Virus record (IMG/VR): IMGVR_UViG_3300028633_000021
Coordinates: 1 to 37,440 of that record
DNA length: 37,440 bases
Origin: a virus
Taxonomy: Duplodnaviria; Caudoviricetes
Direction: 5' to 3' (one strand)
The stretch's first letter is position 1. The number at the start of each line of letters is the position of its first letter. The notes beneath the pieces were generated by a model. The model was not told the DNA's origin. It saw only the letters and a list, made by a program, of their open reading frames with translations, and made no database searches. The position numbers and the translations under genes are program-made. Shown in pieces: positions 15,874 to 26,215 of the stretch.

Positions 15874-16314
15874 ATGGCACTGGTTCGATACATCGGCAGC
15901 AAGCCGACCAAGGAAGACAACGTGGCCCACACCAAGACGGTGTGGCCAGGCCCCGGCACGGACCGCGAAGTGCCCGATGGCGTTGCGGTGGAGCTGCTGA
16001 AGCACCCCACGGTGTGGCAGCTCGTGACCGAGGACATGCAGCGCCTGACCGCGCCCGCGCTGGGCTCCGAGCCCGAGCCCCCGGCGATGCGCTTCGTGCA
16101 CGCCAAGGGCGACGACAACCCGGTGTACGCGCTGCGCGACACCGAGAACGACGAGATCACCGATCTCACCAACATGACCGACGCCGAGCTGAAGGCCTTT
16201 GCCCGCGTGAACGGCATCAAGGCCGACCTGCGCAAGCGCGGCGATGAGCTGAAGGCAACGATCGTGGCCACGGTCATCGCCGCCACCGAACGGCCCCCCG
16301 AGGCCAAGGAGTAA
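15874..16314 (+). CDS. Hypothetical virion-module protein with a C-terminal Rho-N/HeH-like motif, 146 aa
   Basis: AAGGAGG RBS; LTNMTDAELKAFARVNGI...KRGDEL. Confidence 0.7.
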   Translation: MALVRYIGSKPTKEDNVAHTKTVWPGPGTDREVPDGVAVELLKHPTVWQLVTEDMQRLTAPALGSEPEPPAMRFVHAKGDDNPVYALRDTENDEITDLTNMTDAELKAFARVNGIKADLRKRGDELKATIVATVIAATERPPEAKE

Positions 16315-16317
16315 GCC

Positions 16318-17031
16318 ATGCCGAGCATCACTGCACAGCAGATCGTCGACCGCGCGTGGATCATCCTGCAGGACACCAATGGCGGCAGCGGCGTGCGATG
16401 GCCGTCCACCGAGCAGCTGCTGTGGGTGAACGACGGGCAGCGCGAGGTGGTGATCAACCTGCCCAGCGCCTACGTCAAGACGGCCATCGCCACGCTGACG
16501 GCGGGCACGCGGCAGAACCTGGCCACGCTGGGTTTCACCGACGGCATCCAGTTCATGAAGTTCGTGCGCAACTTCGACGCCGCCGGCACCGCGCCGGGCC
16601 GCGCCGTCACCGTCAAGCCGATGATGTGGCTGGACGAGCAGCGCCCGACCTGGCACGCCGATGCGGCAGGCGATGCGATCCACTGCTTCTACGAGGCCAA
16701 CGACCCCAAGACCTTCTACGTGTGGCCCAAGGCCGACGGCACCAAGAAGGGCGAGATCGTCTACTCGGCCGCGCCGCCCGAGCTGGCGGCGCTGGGCAAC
16801 ACCATCAGCTTGGATGACATCTACGCCAACGCGCTGCAGTACTACGTGCTGTTCCGCAGCTTCAGCAAGAACGCGACCTACACCAAGGCGCCGCAGCTGG
16901 CCGCCGCGTACTACCAGCTGTTCCTGCAGAGCCTGGGCATCAAGGACCAGCGCGTGAAGGCGCTGGACGCGAACCTGCAGATGCTCAGTGACGGCGCCGG
17001 CGTGGCGGGCTCGCAGGCCGGGGGCGGCTGA
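16318..17031 (+). CDS. Head-tail adaptor-like protein (DUF6682-like), 237 aa
   Basis: ILQD....RW...LL.WVNDGQR and Y.NAL..YVLFR...K patterns; position. Confidence 0.7.
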   Translation: MPSITAQQIVDRAWIILQDTNGGSGVRWPSTEQLLWVNDGQREVVINLPSAYVKTAIATLTAGTRQNLATLGFTDGIQFMKFVRNFDAAGTAPGRAVTVKPMMWLDEQRPTWHADAAGDAIHCFYEANDPKTFYVWPKADGTKKGEIVYSAAPPELAALGNTISLDDIYANALQYYVLFRSFSKNATYTKAPQLAAAYYQLFLQSLGIKDQRVKALDANLQMLSDGAGVAGSQAGGG

Positions 17032-17657
17032 TGAAGACCTGGGCCGACTTCGTGCCCAAGATCGTGATGTTCGCGGCCGACTGCCCGCACTTCACGATCG
17101 AGGAGGAGGCCAAGCGCGCGGCCATCGAGTTCTACCGGGAAACGCGCGCCTGGCGATCGACGCTGCCCGTGACGCTGGTGGCCGCCACCGTGGCGTCGCA
17201 GGCCAGCTACACGGTGGCGCCGCCCGAAGGCCTGGAGATGGTGGGTCTGCCGGCGGTGTGGCTCGATGACGTGGAGATCGCCGAGGCCCGGCCTGGCGAC
17301 GTGAACGACATCACGCCGATCGAAACCGGCACGCGGCATTCGGTGCTGCTGACCAGCGGCACCACGATCCGCCTGATCCCGCCCACGGTGACGGCAGGGC
17401 GCGTGATCAAGGCGCAGGTGGCCTACACGCCGACCGAGGCCGCGGCGGGCATCGAGGATGCGAAGTTCCACGAGCACCTGGAGACGATCAAGCACCTGGC
17501 GCTGTCGCGGCTGAAGTACATGCAGGGCAAGCCGTGGTCCGACCCGGCGGGCGCCCGCGCGTGCGAGGCCGAGTACCAGCGCCGCGCGCTCGACGACGGC
17601 GCTGCGGCCGGGCCGGTGCGGCGCAACCGCCTGCGCACCCGAAAGCAGGTGATCTGA
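17031..17657 (+). CDS. Second adaptor/tail protein, 208 aa
   Basis: AAIEFYRETRAW and ALSRL..M.GKPWSDP patterns; coupled to both neighbours. Confidence 0.7.
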   Translation: MKTWADFVPKIVMFAADCPHFTIEEEAKRAAIEFYRETRAWRSTLPVTLVAATVASQASYTVAPPEGLEMVGLPAVWLDDVEIAEARPGDVNDITPIETGTRHSVLLTSGTTIRLIPPTVTAGRVIKAQVAYTPTEAAAGIEDAKFHEHLETIKHLALSRLKYMQGKPWSDPAGARACEAEYQRRALDDGAAAGPVRRNRLRTRKQVI

Positions 17658-19294
17658 TGCTGGTGGCTGCATGGTCGAAGTTCATCGGGGCCAACCTGAT
17701 GCTCAACCCGAAGCTGCTGCCCGACGGCCTGGGCGTGATGGCATCGAACCTGCGCCTGGGCTATGGCGACTTGCGCGCCTGGAACGCGGCCAACACCGTG
17801 GTGACGACGGGCGGCGCAACGCCGCTGATCAGCGCGTACCGCATGAACCGCGCCACGGTCAGCGACACCAGCGCCTGGATTCAGTGGACGGTGGATGTGG
17901 ACGTGGTGCGGTCACTGATCGGCAACGACTCGACCGAGGAGATCTACTTCACCGGCGACGGCGCACCGAAGCTGACCAACAACGCAATCGGCCTGCCCGC
18001 AGCACCAGGCCCGGCGGCCACGCGCTCGCTGGGGATCCCCGCGCCGAGCGTGCAGATGGCGCTGCCCACCGTGCTGGTGGCCGGCGCTGGCGCTACCGAG
18101 AGCCGGGTGTACGTCGACACGTTCTACAACGACGTGAACCGCGAGAGCGCGCCGGGCATTTCGAGATCGGTGTCGGTGGCCGGCGGGTCGACCATGAACC
18201 TGACCGGCCTGGCCGCGGCCCCTGGTGGCACGCACGGCATCAACCGCCGGCGCATCTACTGCTCGACCGACGGCGGCGACTTCCTGCTGGTGGTGGAGCA
18301 AGCATCCGCCTCGACCACGGCCACCGACAACCTGGCGCGCGGCGCGGTGCTGCAGTCCGGTGGCGACATCGCCTACCCGGCCTGGCTGGAGCCGCCCGTG
18401 GGCCTGAAGGGCCTGATCGGCCTGTGGAACGGGATGATCGGCGGCTTCACCGGCAAGAGCTTCGCGGTGTGCGTGCCGTACAAGCCCTGGGCCTGGCCGG
18501 TGGAGTACCAGGATTCGGTGTACGACGACATCGTGGGCACCGGCAAGTGGCGCCAGTCGTGGGTGCTGCTGACCACCTCGGCGCCCATCGTCATCACCGG
18601 CTCGTCGCCCGACTCCCTGAGCCAAGACCCGGTGCCCTTCAACCAGGCCTGCGTGAGCAAGCGCTCGGTGGTGAGCGTGGGCTTCGGCGTGGCCTGGGCC
18701 TCGCCTGACGGCCTGTGCTTCATCGGCGACCAGGGCCCGCGCATCGTCACCGAGGGCATCTTGTCGCCCGAGCAATGGCAGGCGCTGGTGCCAAGCACGA
18801 TCATCGGCTCACGCATCGAGCGCTACTACTACGGGGCCTACAACGACGGCACGAGCAAGGCGTTCATGATCGACCTGCTCAACCCGACCGGGATCATCTT
18901 CCTGACGCAGGGTGCGCGCGGCGTCTTCTACGACCCGATCTCCGACCGGCTGTACCTGCAGGACACCGGCAACACCATCAAGCGCTGGAACGGCGGCGCG
19001 GCGCAGTCCTGCACCTTCAAGACCGGCGTGAAGCGCCACCCGCAGCCCACCAACCCGGGCTACGGCATGGTGGTGTCGGACCTGCCGATCTCGGTGGTGG
19101 TGCGGCTGTACGCGCTGCTGCTGCAAAGCGGTGGCACCTACGTCTGGACGGAAGTGTTCAACCGCACCGTGACCAGCGGCCAGCCGTTCGCGCTGCCGGC
19201 TGGGTACTTGGCGCAGGACTTCCAGGCCGAGATCACGACGACCGCACCGGTGCAGGCGCTGCTGATCGCCGAAGACGTGGGCGACATCATCTGA
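17657..19294 (+). CDS. Tail nozzle/tubular-B-like beta-propeller protein, 545 aa
   Basis: ATG at 17657 overlaps the upstream TGA; PYKPWAWP, ACVSKRS, WASPDGL motifs. Confidence 0.7.
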   Translation: MLVAAWSKFIGANLMLNPKLLPDGLGVMASNLRLGYGDLRAWNAANTVVTTGGATPLISAYRMNRATVSDTSAWIQWTVDVDVVRSLIGNDSTEEIYFTGDGAPKLTNNAIGLPAAPGPAATRSLGIPAPSVQMALPTVLVAGAGATESRVYVDTFYNDVNRESAPGISRSVSVAGGSTMNLTGLAAAPGGTHGINRRRIYCSTDGGDFLLVVEQASASTTATDNLARGAVLQSGGDIAYPAWLEPPVGLKGLIGLWNGMIGGFTGKSFAVCVPYKPWAWPVEYQDSVYDDIVGTGKWRQSWVLLTTSAPIVITGSSPDSLSQDPVPFNQACVSKRSVVSVGFGVAWASPDGLCFIGDQGPRIVTEGILSPEQWQALVPSTIIGSRIERYYYGAYNDGTSKAFMIDLLNPTGIIFLTQGARGVFYDPISDRLYLQDTGNTIKRWNGGAAQSCTFKTGVKRHPQPTNPGYGMVVSDLPISVVVRLYALLLQSGGTYVWTEVFNRTVTSGQPFALPAGYLAQDFQAEITTTAPVQALLIAEDVGDII

Positions 19295-22200
19295 TGGCTC
19301 AACTCCCCGACATCCGCCCACCGGGCGACGTGCCGGCCGGGCCGCTGGCCTGGCTGAAGGCCTGGCTGCAAGACGTGCGCCTGTGGGTGCAGACCCGCGA
19401 GCCCAACGCGACGCTGGTGGGCAACCCCACCGACAAGTTCACCACGCGCGGCGAGCTGATCGACGCGGGACTGCTGCTGCGCACGAGCGACGGCCGTTTC
19501 ACGCGCGGAGTAGGCAGCATCCCCGGGCCCAAGGGCGACCCGGGCCCGCAGGGCGACCCCGGCGTGGGCGTGACGGCACCCGACCTGACCCCGCCACCCA
19601 CGCCCACGGGCCTGGCGGTGACGGGGCTGATCAGCAACATCCTCATCGAGTGGGATGCGCCGGTCTACACGCAGGGCCGCGGCAATGACCTGACGCTGGT
19701 GTACGGCGCGATCTGGCTGCCGGGTGATGCCCAGCCCACTTTCGGCGACGTGCGTACGAAGCTGATCAACACCGCGGCCGAGGCCACGAACATCCTGGCG
19801 CACCCGTCAAACCCGAACACGACGTGGTGCATCTGGATCAAGTTCAAGACCCGCGACGGCGTGGAAGGCACGCAGGCCGGCGGCACGCACGGCGTGCAGG
19901 CCACCACCGGGCAGGACGTGGCTTCGCTGCTGCAGGTGCTGGCCGGAGAGATCACCGCCGAGCAGCTGTACGTCGACCTGCAGACCCCCATCGGGTCCAT
20001 CCTGACCGGGCAGGACGAGGCCGCCGAGGCGGCGCTGGCGGCCACGCTGGCGGCGCACGATGCCAACGCGCAGCGCGCGGCCGAGCTGCTGATCGAGGCG
20101 CAGGACCGCGGCGCGGCCATCGTCGAGGAAAGCACGACCAGGCAGACGGCCGAGGAGTCGCTGGCGCAGAGCATCCTCACGCTGACGGCGGCGACGTTGA
20201 GCGACCAGGCCGCGGCTGCCGCTGCGCTGGAGGTGGAGCGCACTGTGCGCGCCGAGGCCGACGAGGCCGAGGCCCTGGAGCGCACCACGCTGGCGGCGCA
20301 GCTTCGGGGCGACTACGCCGGCACGGACGTGGACGCCATCACGACCGGCCTGCTGTACGAGGAGCGCGCCGCCCGGGTGAGCGCAGACGGCGCGCAGGTC
20401 ACGCGCCTGGAAGGCCTGGAGGCCAGCGTCGACACGCCGGGCACCGGCCTTCTGGCCCGCGCGACCGCGCTGGAGGCCACCACGGTGGACATCGGCAACG
20501 ACCTGACGGCTGTGGCCAACCGCACCACCCTGCTGGAGGCATCGGTCGACACGCCCAGCACGGGCCTGCTGGCGCGGGCCACGGCGCTGGAGACAGTAAC
20601 CACGGCGGCCGGAAGCGGCAACAGCGCCCTCGCCAGCCGGGCCACCGCGCTGGAGTCCACGGTCAACAACGGCGTCACCGGCGTGGCGGCCACCGCGGCG
20701 GCGCTGGACATCGTTGAAACCCTGGTGAACGACGGCACCGACGGCGTGGTGGCGACCGCGAGCCGGGTCGATACGCTGTTCACGAAGGTCGACAGCCCGA
20801 CCATCGGCAACAACGCCACCTACGCGGCGCTGCAGACCGAGGCCACCACGCGCGCCAGCGAAACCGGCGCCCTGTTCGCGCAGTACACGGTCAAGATCGA
20901 CCTGAACGGCTACCTGTCGGGGTACGGGCTCACGTCCAGCCTGAGCAGCGGCGGCACGCCCACCAGCCTGTTCATCGTGAGCGTGGACAAGTTCGCGGTG
21001 GCGACGCCGGCCAGCGCGGTGACGGCCTGGGCCGGGACCACGGCCTACGCGCTGAACGCCATCCGGGGCATCAGCGGCGTGGACGACAAGCTGCTGGTGT
21101 GCAAGCAGGCCGGCACGTCGGGCAGCAGCGCGCCGTCCATCGCGGGGGCCATCGGCAGCATGGTGACGGACGGCTCGGTGCGCTGGCAGATCGCCAGCCG
21201 CGTGCCTTTCGCGGTGCTGACCACGCCCACCACGATCAACGGCGTGAGCGTGCCGGCCGGGGTCTATATCGACGCGGCCTACGTGCTGAACGCGACGATC
21301 CAGAACGCGCAGCTCGCCAACCTGTCGGTCGACGACCAGAAGGTGGCCAGCGTGAGCGTGGCCAAGTTGACGGCCGGCTCGATCAGCGTGGGCGAGTACA
21401 TCCAGAGCACCGGCTACGTGGCGGGCAGCGCCGGCTGGCGCATCAACGGCAACGGCACGGCCGAGTTCAGCGGCGTCATCGTGCGCGGCACCATCTACGC
21501 CCAGGCCGCCGACATTCAGGGGCAGATCAGCGCCAGCCAGATCAACGCCTTCGGCCTGACGATCTACAAGAGCGACGGCACCACCATCGTGCTGGACGCC
21601 GACGCCGACAGCCCGCCATGGGTGACGGCCAGCGACATCATCGAGTCGGCCGACGGCGCGAGCATCCTGGCGCCCATCACGACCGATAACACCCGCCGCC
21701 TGCGCAACCTGACGGCCGGGCCTGGCATCGACACCGCGGTGAGTGCCGACGACCAGAGTGTCGTCATCAGCGCGCTGGCATCGGAGGTGGCCCACGTCCG
21801 GCGGCACGCCGACGCGGCCACGAGCAGCGCCACGCTGTCGAACATCGACGGCATGGCCTTCGCGCTGCTGGCGTCTTCGACCTACATCGTACGCGGCACG
21901 CTGGTGACGAGATCGGCGGCCAGCGCCACCGGCCTGAAACTGCACCTGACGGCCCCCGCCGGTGCGACGGGTGCGGCGATGTTCCACACCGAGAGCGATT
22001 CCGGCGGTGTCGGGCAGACCCGGACCCTGGACATCCCGACGGACAGCGGCGTGACGTTCCTGTCGACGCGCAACACCGGCGGCCGAAACCTGCTGACTTT
22101 CGAGGCACTGATCAACACGGCGGGAGTCGCCGGCAACGTGCAGTTGCAGCTGGCCACCGAAACCAGCAGCGTCGAGGTCGAGGTGCTGGCCGGCTCCGCA

Positions 22201-22698
22201 ATGACGCTGAGCCGGATGGCCACCGCGACGTCGGCCACCACGATCAACCTGGCCTCGTCCACGCTCACCAGCTACGCCAGCACAGCGACCGCCACGGCCA
22301 AGCCATCGACTGCCACGCTCACGCTCACTTTCAAGCGGGACGGCACCTGGGCCGTGACCAGCGCCGGGTCAACGTCGCACGCCCTGTCTGGCACCCCCGC
22401 CACCGGCGATTGGGCCTCACCGACCAACACCGACGCCGGCGTGCAGTGGGAAATCAAGTTCATCCCGGGCTCGATCAGCACCACAGCCATCGGCGCCGGC
22501 ACCACGACCACCAGCAACGGCGCGACCGACTGGCAGCCGCTGACGGCCCAGCGCAGCTACGCCATCACGGTGTCGTGCAGCGTGGCCGGCGAGCGGGACA
22601 GCAGCGTTGCGGTCGAGGTGCAGATGCGCCGCATCAGCAGCGGTGCCGTGACGACCTTCGACACCGTAACCATCGCAGGCAGCGCCACGTCGCTGTAA
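19294..22698 (+). CDS. Tail fibre / J-like tip protein (FN3-like, coiled coil, DUF1983-like), 1134 aa
   Basis: ATG at 19294; collagen-like GPKGDPGPQGDPG, PPPTPTGL.V, coiled-coil repeats, AQYTVKIDLNGYLSGYGL, GWRINGNGTAEF. Confidence 0.8.
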   Translation: MAQLPDIRPPGDVPAGPLAWLKAWLQDVRLWVQTREPNATLVGNPTDKFTTRGELIDAGLLLRTSDGRFTRGVGSIPGPKGDPGPQGDPGVGVTAPDLTPPPTPTGLAVTGLISNILIEWDAPVYTQGRGNDLTLVYGAIWLPGDAQPTFGDVRTKLINTAAEATNILAHPSNPNTTWCIWIKFKTRDGVEGTQAGGTHGVQATTGQDVASLLQVLAGEITAEQLYVDLQTPIGSILTGQDEAAEAALAATLAAHDANAQRAAELLIEAQDRGAAIVEESTTRQTAEESLAQSILTLTAATLSDQAAAAAALEVERTVRAEADEAEALERTTLAAQLRGDYAGTDVDAITTGLLYEERAARVSADGAQVTRLEGLEASVDTPGTGLLARATALEATTVDIGNDLTAVANRTTLLEASVDTPSTGLLARATALETVTTAAGSGNSALASRATALESTVNNGVTGVAATAAALDIVETLVNDGTDGVVATASRVDTLFTKVDSPTIGNNATYAALQTEATTRASETGALFAQYTVKIDLNGYLSGYGLTSSLSSGGTPTSLFIVSVDKFAVATPASAVTAWAGTTAYALNAIRGISGVDDKLLVCKQAGTSGSSAPSIAGAIGSMVTDGSVRWQIASRVPFAVLTTPTTINGVSVPAGVYIDAAYVLNATIQNAQLANLSVDDQKVASVSVAKLTAGSISVGEYIQSTGYVAGSAGWRINGNGTAEFSGVIVRGTIYAQAADIQGQISASQINAFGLTIYKSDGTTIVLDADADSPPWVTASDIIESADGASILAPITTDNTRRLRNLTAGPGIDTAVSADDQSVVISALASEVAHVRRHADAATSSATLSNIDGMAFALLASSTYIVRGTLVTRSAASATGLKLHLTAPAGATGAAMFHTESDSGGVGQTRTLDIPTDSGVTFLSTRNTGGRNLLTFEALINTAGVAGNVQLQLATETSSVEVEVLAGSAMTLSRMATATSATTINLASSTLTSYASTATATAKPSTATLTLTFKRDGTWAVTSAGSTSHALSGTPATGDWASPTNTDAGVQWEIKFIPGSISTTAIGAGTTTTSNGATDWQPLTAQRSYAITVSCSVAGERDSSVAVEVQMRRISSGAVTTFDTVTIAGSATSL
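20416..20592 (+). repeat. Two ~20-codon copies (LEASVDTP.TGLLARATALE) 117 nt apart in the fibre stalk
   Basis: Direct reading of the translation; synonymous positions have diverged between the copies. Confidence 0.75.
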
Positions 22699-22701
22699 CC
22701 C

Positions 22702-23349
22702 ATGCCGATCACCAAGACCATCACCCTGGCCGACGGCGTTGTGCTGGCCTACCACCGCGCCGTGCGCGTGGCCTGGACCGACACGCCGATGGGCGCCAAG
22801 TGCATCGTGACCGTGAACTCCTGGGTCAACCAGGCGCAGCACGATGCTGGCGCGGACCCGTACCGCAGCGAGGCGGTGCCCGACGTGCCGCTGACGCCGC
22901 AGGCCGGCATCTTCGCGGCGGCCGAGGCGGCGCTGGTGGCCACGGCCGGGCCCTGGAGCGGTGGCACAGTGGCGGCCGTCGCCAGCGGCACCGCGCTGGA
23001 GGCAGCGCAAGCCCGCCGGTGGGCCGAGATCAAGGTGCTGCGCGACATCGAGATCGCAGAGCCAAAGATGACCAGCGTTGGCATGTTCGACGCCACCCCC
23101 GAGGACCAGAACAACCTGAGCAAGGTCATCGCGCTGGTGCAGATTGCTGCCGCGCGGGCTCTGCCGGCGCAGGCGAACTACACCCTGGCCGACAACACGC
23201 GCGTGACCCTGACCCTGGCGGAACTGGAACAGGCAGCGCTGGAGATGGGCGCACAGGTGCAGGCGCTGCACGACCAGGGGATCGAACTCTACGAGGCCAT
23301 CTACAGCGCGGAAACCGTCGAGGACGTGGAGGCAGTGACATGGGACTGA
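22702..23349 (+). CDS. Tail-fibre assembly chaperone-like protein (DUF4376-like C-terminus), 215 aa
   Basis: WAEIKVLRD...FDA.....NL...YTLADN..V.LT..EL...I.SA..VEDV.AV.W. Confidence 0.7.
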   Translation: MPITKTITLADGVVLAYHRAVRVAWTDTPMGAKCIVTVNSWVNQAQHDAGADPYRSEAVPDVPLTPQAGIFAAAEAALVATAGPWSGGTVAAVASGTALEAAQARRWAEIKVLRDIEIAEPKMTSVGMFDATPEDQNNLSKVIALVQIAAARALPAQANYTLADNTRVTLTLAELEQAALEMGAQVQALHDQGIELYEAIYSAETVEDVEAVTWD

Positions 23350-23582
23350 GACGCTACTTCTGGGGTGTCGGCATTTGCATCACCCAAGGGGTGAACGCTT
23401 TGCTGGCCGGCTACCCCGACGAAAGCCTGAGCAGCCGGGCCCACCGCATGCAGACCAAGGCGCACGGGTGGTTTGTCACCCGCAACGTCATCAACATGAT
23501 CTTCTTCTGGCAGCCCGACCACTGCAAGCAGGCCTTCGAGGCCGAGCGTGCGCGGCGGCATGTGCCGTTCGATCTTCGATAG
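23340..23582 (+). CDS. Small conserved tail-region protein, 80 aa
   Basis: GGAGG RBS, ATG at 23340; Q..NALL.G.PDESLSSRA...IN.IFFWQ.DHC..AF pattern. Confidence 0.7.
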   Translation: MGLRRYFWGVGICITQGVNALLAGYPDESLSSRAHRMQTKAHGWFVTRNVINMIFFWQPDHCKQAFEAERARRHVPFDLR

Positions 23583-23591
23583 GAGCACAGC

Positions 23592-25235
23592 ATGGCGTGG
23601 TACAGAGCAGGGTCCGCGGCCGTCACCAGCGGCAGCGCAGCCGTCGTCGGCACCGGCACGGCTTGGGTGGCGAACGCGCGGGCCGGGCACGGCTTCATCG
23701 GACCGGACAAGTTCACCTACGAGATCCTGTCGGTCAACTCCGACACGTCGATCACGCTGGCCGAGAACTACGCTGGCAGCACGGTGGTGTCGGGCGGGGT
23801 CTACAAGATCATTCCCACGCAAGGGATGACGCAGAGCCTGGCCGTCGCGGCCAACCAGCTCGTCGCGGACTTCGGCGCCGTGGTGACGGGCGCTGGCGCT
23901 GGACGCTTCGCGGATGGCTCCGCTGCGGCGCCCGGCGTGAGCTTCGTGAGCGACGTCGACAGCGGCTTCTACCGCATCAGCTCCAACGTAGTGGGCTGGT
24001 CCACGGGCGGCGCCGAGCGCATGCGCCTGAGCAGCACCGGCCTGGCCATCAACACGGGCACCCAGACCGCGACGCTGGCCGTGAATGGTGGCGCGCATGT
24101 CGGCCGGCCGGCAGACCACTGGGGCGGCACAACCAGCTTCTTCGGCCTGGTCGGCTCCGGCCAGCTTGCCACCGAAGGCAGCAACGAGATCACGGTGACG
24201 TCCAACGGCTACCGCGGCGCCGGCACGCTGTGGGTGAGCTACGGCATCGGGGGCGCGACGGGGGCGGCACAGATCGGCCTGAACCCGGCCGGCTACGTGG
24301 CCATCCGCGCCGAGGCGACCAAGGCCAGCGGCGCGGCCAGCGGCGTCACTGAGCTGGCGCGCTTCAACGCCAGCGGCAACCTGCTGATCGGCCGCACGAC
24401 CGACATCATCAGCACCGCCAAGCTGCAGCTGAGCGACGGCACGATCAACAGCCTGTACGGCTACAAGGCGAGCGGCACCGAGTTCCTGGGCACGCACAGC
24501 AACCACCCGCTGTCGCTCATCACGAACAACGTCGCGCGGCTCACGATCTCGGCCGCAGGCACGGTGACGGTGGACGGCGCCCTGGCGGCCGACAGTGTGG
24601 ACGTGAACACCGCGGCCCTGGCCACCGGCGCGGTGCGCGCCTGGACTGCGACAGACACGGACATCGACGGGCTGATTGGCGGCTCGACCAACGGTGTGCT
24701 TTTCGAGGGCGCGGGCTCGGCACACTTCACGGTGGGCCTGCGCTCCAACGACGTGGGCGACGGCTTCCAGGTCATCAGCAAGCAGGCCGGCAACGCGACC
24801 TACACGCTCAAGTGCTTCGAGGCCAAGGCCGACGGCTCGGTGTCGTGGCGCGGCCGCGGCACGGTCGGCGCCCTGCGCGCCATCGACCCGCTGGACGCGC
24901 TGGGCTACGGCACGGGCGCTGGCGGCACCGTGACGCAGACCACGAGCAAATCCACGCCCGTTGTGCTCAACAAGCCCTGCGGCCAGATCACGATGAACAA
25001 CGCCGCGCTGGCAACCAGCACATCGGTGTCGTTCACGTTGACCAACTCGCTGATCGCGGCCACCGACGTGGTGCGCGTGAGCATCGCCAGCGGTGCCACC
25101 GCGGGGGCCTACTCGGTGACGGTGGACGCGACCGCGGCCGGCTCCTGCCGCATCAGCGTGCGCAACCACTCCGGCGGCAGCCTGAGCGAGGCCCTGGTGC
25201 TGAACTTCGCGGTGCTCAAGGCGGTGAGCGCTTGA
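23592..25235 (+). CDS. Tail fibre protein, 547 aa
   Basis: MAWYRAGS..V..GS..V.GTGT.W anchor, DGSAAAPG.SF..D.DSG, ERMRL repeats, C-terminal GAGGTVTQ.TSKST.V.LN module. Confidence 0.82.
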   Translation: MAWYRAGSAAVTSGSAAVVGTGTAWVANARAGHGFIGPDKFTYEILSVNSDTSITLAENYAGSTVVSGGVYKIIPTQGMTQSLAVAANQLVADFGAVVTGAGAGRFADGSAAAPGVSFVSDVDSGFYRISSNVVGWSTGGAERMRLSSTGLAINTGTQTATLAVNGGAHVGRPADHWGGTTSFFGLVGSGQLATEGSNEITVTSNGYRGAGTLWVSYGIGGATGAAQIGLNPAGYVAIRAEATKASGAASGVTELARFNASGNLLIGRTTDIISTAKLQLSDGTINSLYGYKASGTEFLGTHSNHPLSLITNNVARLTISAAGTVTVDGALAADSVDVNTAALATGAVRAWTATDTDIDGLIGGSTNGVLFEGAGSAHFTVGLRSNDVGDGFQVISKQAGNATYTLKCFEAKADGSVSWRGRGTVGALRAIDPLDALGYGTGAGGTVTQTTSKSTPVVLNKPCGQITMNNAALATSTSVSFTLTNSLIAATDVVRVSIASGATAGAYSVTVDATAAGSCRISVRNHSGGSLSEALVLNFAVLKAVSA

Positions 25236-25294
25236 CCGCCCATGTCCGAAGTGCTCGCGCACTGCCCGTAGCCTTTCATTGATCGGAGAACATC

Positions 25295-25678
25295 ATGGAA
25301 ACGGCAGCGCTGACCGGACGCACGGTTGAACTAGAAACGCTGACTCATCACTTCGGCGTGGGCCACTACATCAAGGCCTTGCCGCTGAAGCGGGGCGACG
25401 TGGTGGTCCAGCACAAGCACAACAGCGACCACGTTTCGGTGCTGGTTCGCGGCACTGTCACCCTGCTTGTCGGGAGTGTGGCAACGCGACACGTCGGGCC
25501 GTGCGGCCTGCTGATTCGCGCTGGAGAGCATCACGGCATTCGCGCCGAAACCGATGCGCTATGGCTGTGCGTGCACGACACGACAGGGCTTGAACAAAAA
25601 GACATCGACTCTCAGCTGATTCTGGATGGCAGCAACAGCGCAGACATGAAACAAGTAGCGCAAGAGCTGACGCCATGA
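25295..25678 (+). CDS. Cupin-fold protein, 127 aa
   Basis: QHKHNSDHVSVL..G...AGEHHGIRAETD..W.CVH metal-binding cupin motif. Confidence 0.8.
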   Translation: METAALTGRTVELETLTHHFGVGHYIKALPLKRGDVVVQHKHNSDHVSVLVRGTVTLLVGSVATRHVGPCGLLIRAGEHHGIRAETDALWLCVHDTTGLEQKDIDSQLILDGSNSADMKQVAQELTP

Positions 25679-26214
25679 AGCGCATTTCCTTGCTCCCATT
25701 CAGTATTGATGTGACTGGCATTCGGCAAGCGTTAAAGGCCAATCCGCAGCTCTGGGATCAAATTACTCTGCGCACCAAAGAGCAAGACTCCCCGCATCAC
25801 GGCCTGTCTGACATTTGGGTCAGATATTCGGACCCGGCGGCGCCGCTGACCAATGGAGAGCACGCATCCGTATGGTATCCGTGCGCAGACGTTTTGCCGG
25901 TGCGGCCGATTGTGCAAGAAGTGCTGGCCCGAGTTGAGGGAAAGCGACTCGGCGGTGTATTGATTACCAGAATCCCTGCAGGTCGAGAGTGTCGGCCGCA
26001 CATAGATTATGGGTGGCATGCCGGGTATTACGAAAAGTTTGCCGTGCAAGTGGAAAGCGCGCCAGGCCAAGCGTTTCAGTTTGATGGCGAATCGCTTGAA
26101 ACAAAGCCGGGCGATGTGTTTTGGTTTGATAACTCGTTCACGCATTGGGTCACCAACCCAACGCCACACGAGCGAATTACTCTGATTGCCTGCATTCGGC
26201 GCAAGGAGGAATGA
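25675..26214 (+). CDS. Aspartyl/asparaginyl beta-hydroxylase-like 2OG-Fe(II) oxygenase, 179 aa
   Basis: RLGGVLITRIP.G....PHID (HxD), PGDVFWFDN...HWVTN....RITLI; visibly AT-richer than its neighbours. Confidence 0.82.
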   Translation: MKRISLLPFSIDVTGIRQALKANPQLWDQITLRTKEQDSPHHGLSDIWVRYSDPAAPLTNGEHASVWYPCADVLPVRPIVQEVLARVEGKRLGGVLITRIPAGRECRPHIDYGWHAGYYEKFAVQVESAPGQAFQFDGESLETKPGDVFWFDNSFTHWVTNPTPHERITLIACIRRKEE

Positions 26215-26215
26215 G

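Noticed and set aside
18715-19293. Track start at 18715 for the fibre gene (also 17534, 22410, 1486, 538, 5432, 5781 for other genes)
   Set aside because: These upstream extensions overlap real genes; true starts were placed at RBS-supported or stop-overlapping ATGs.
19294-25235. Diversity-generating retroelement or invertible tail-fibre cassette
   Set aside because: No reverse transcriptase, invertase or template/variable repeat pair is visible in the window.
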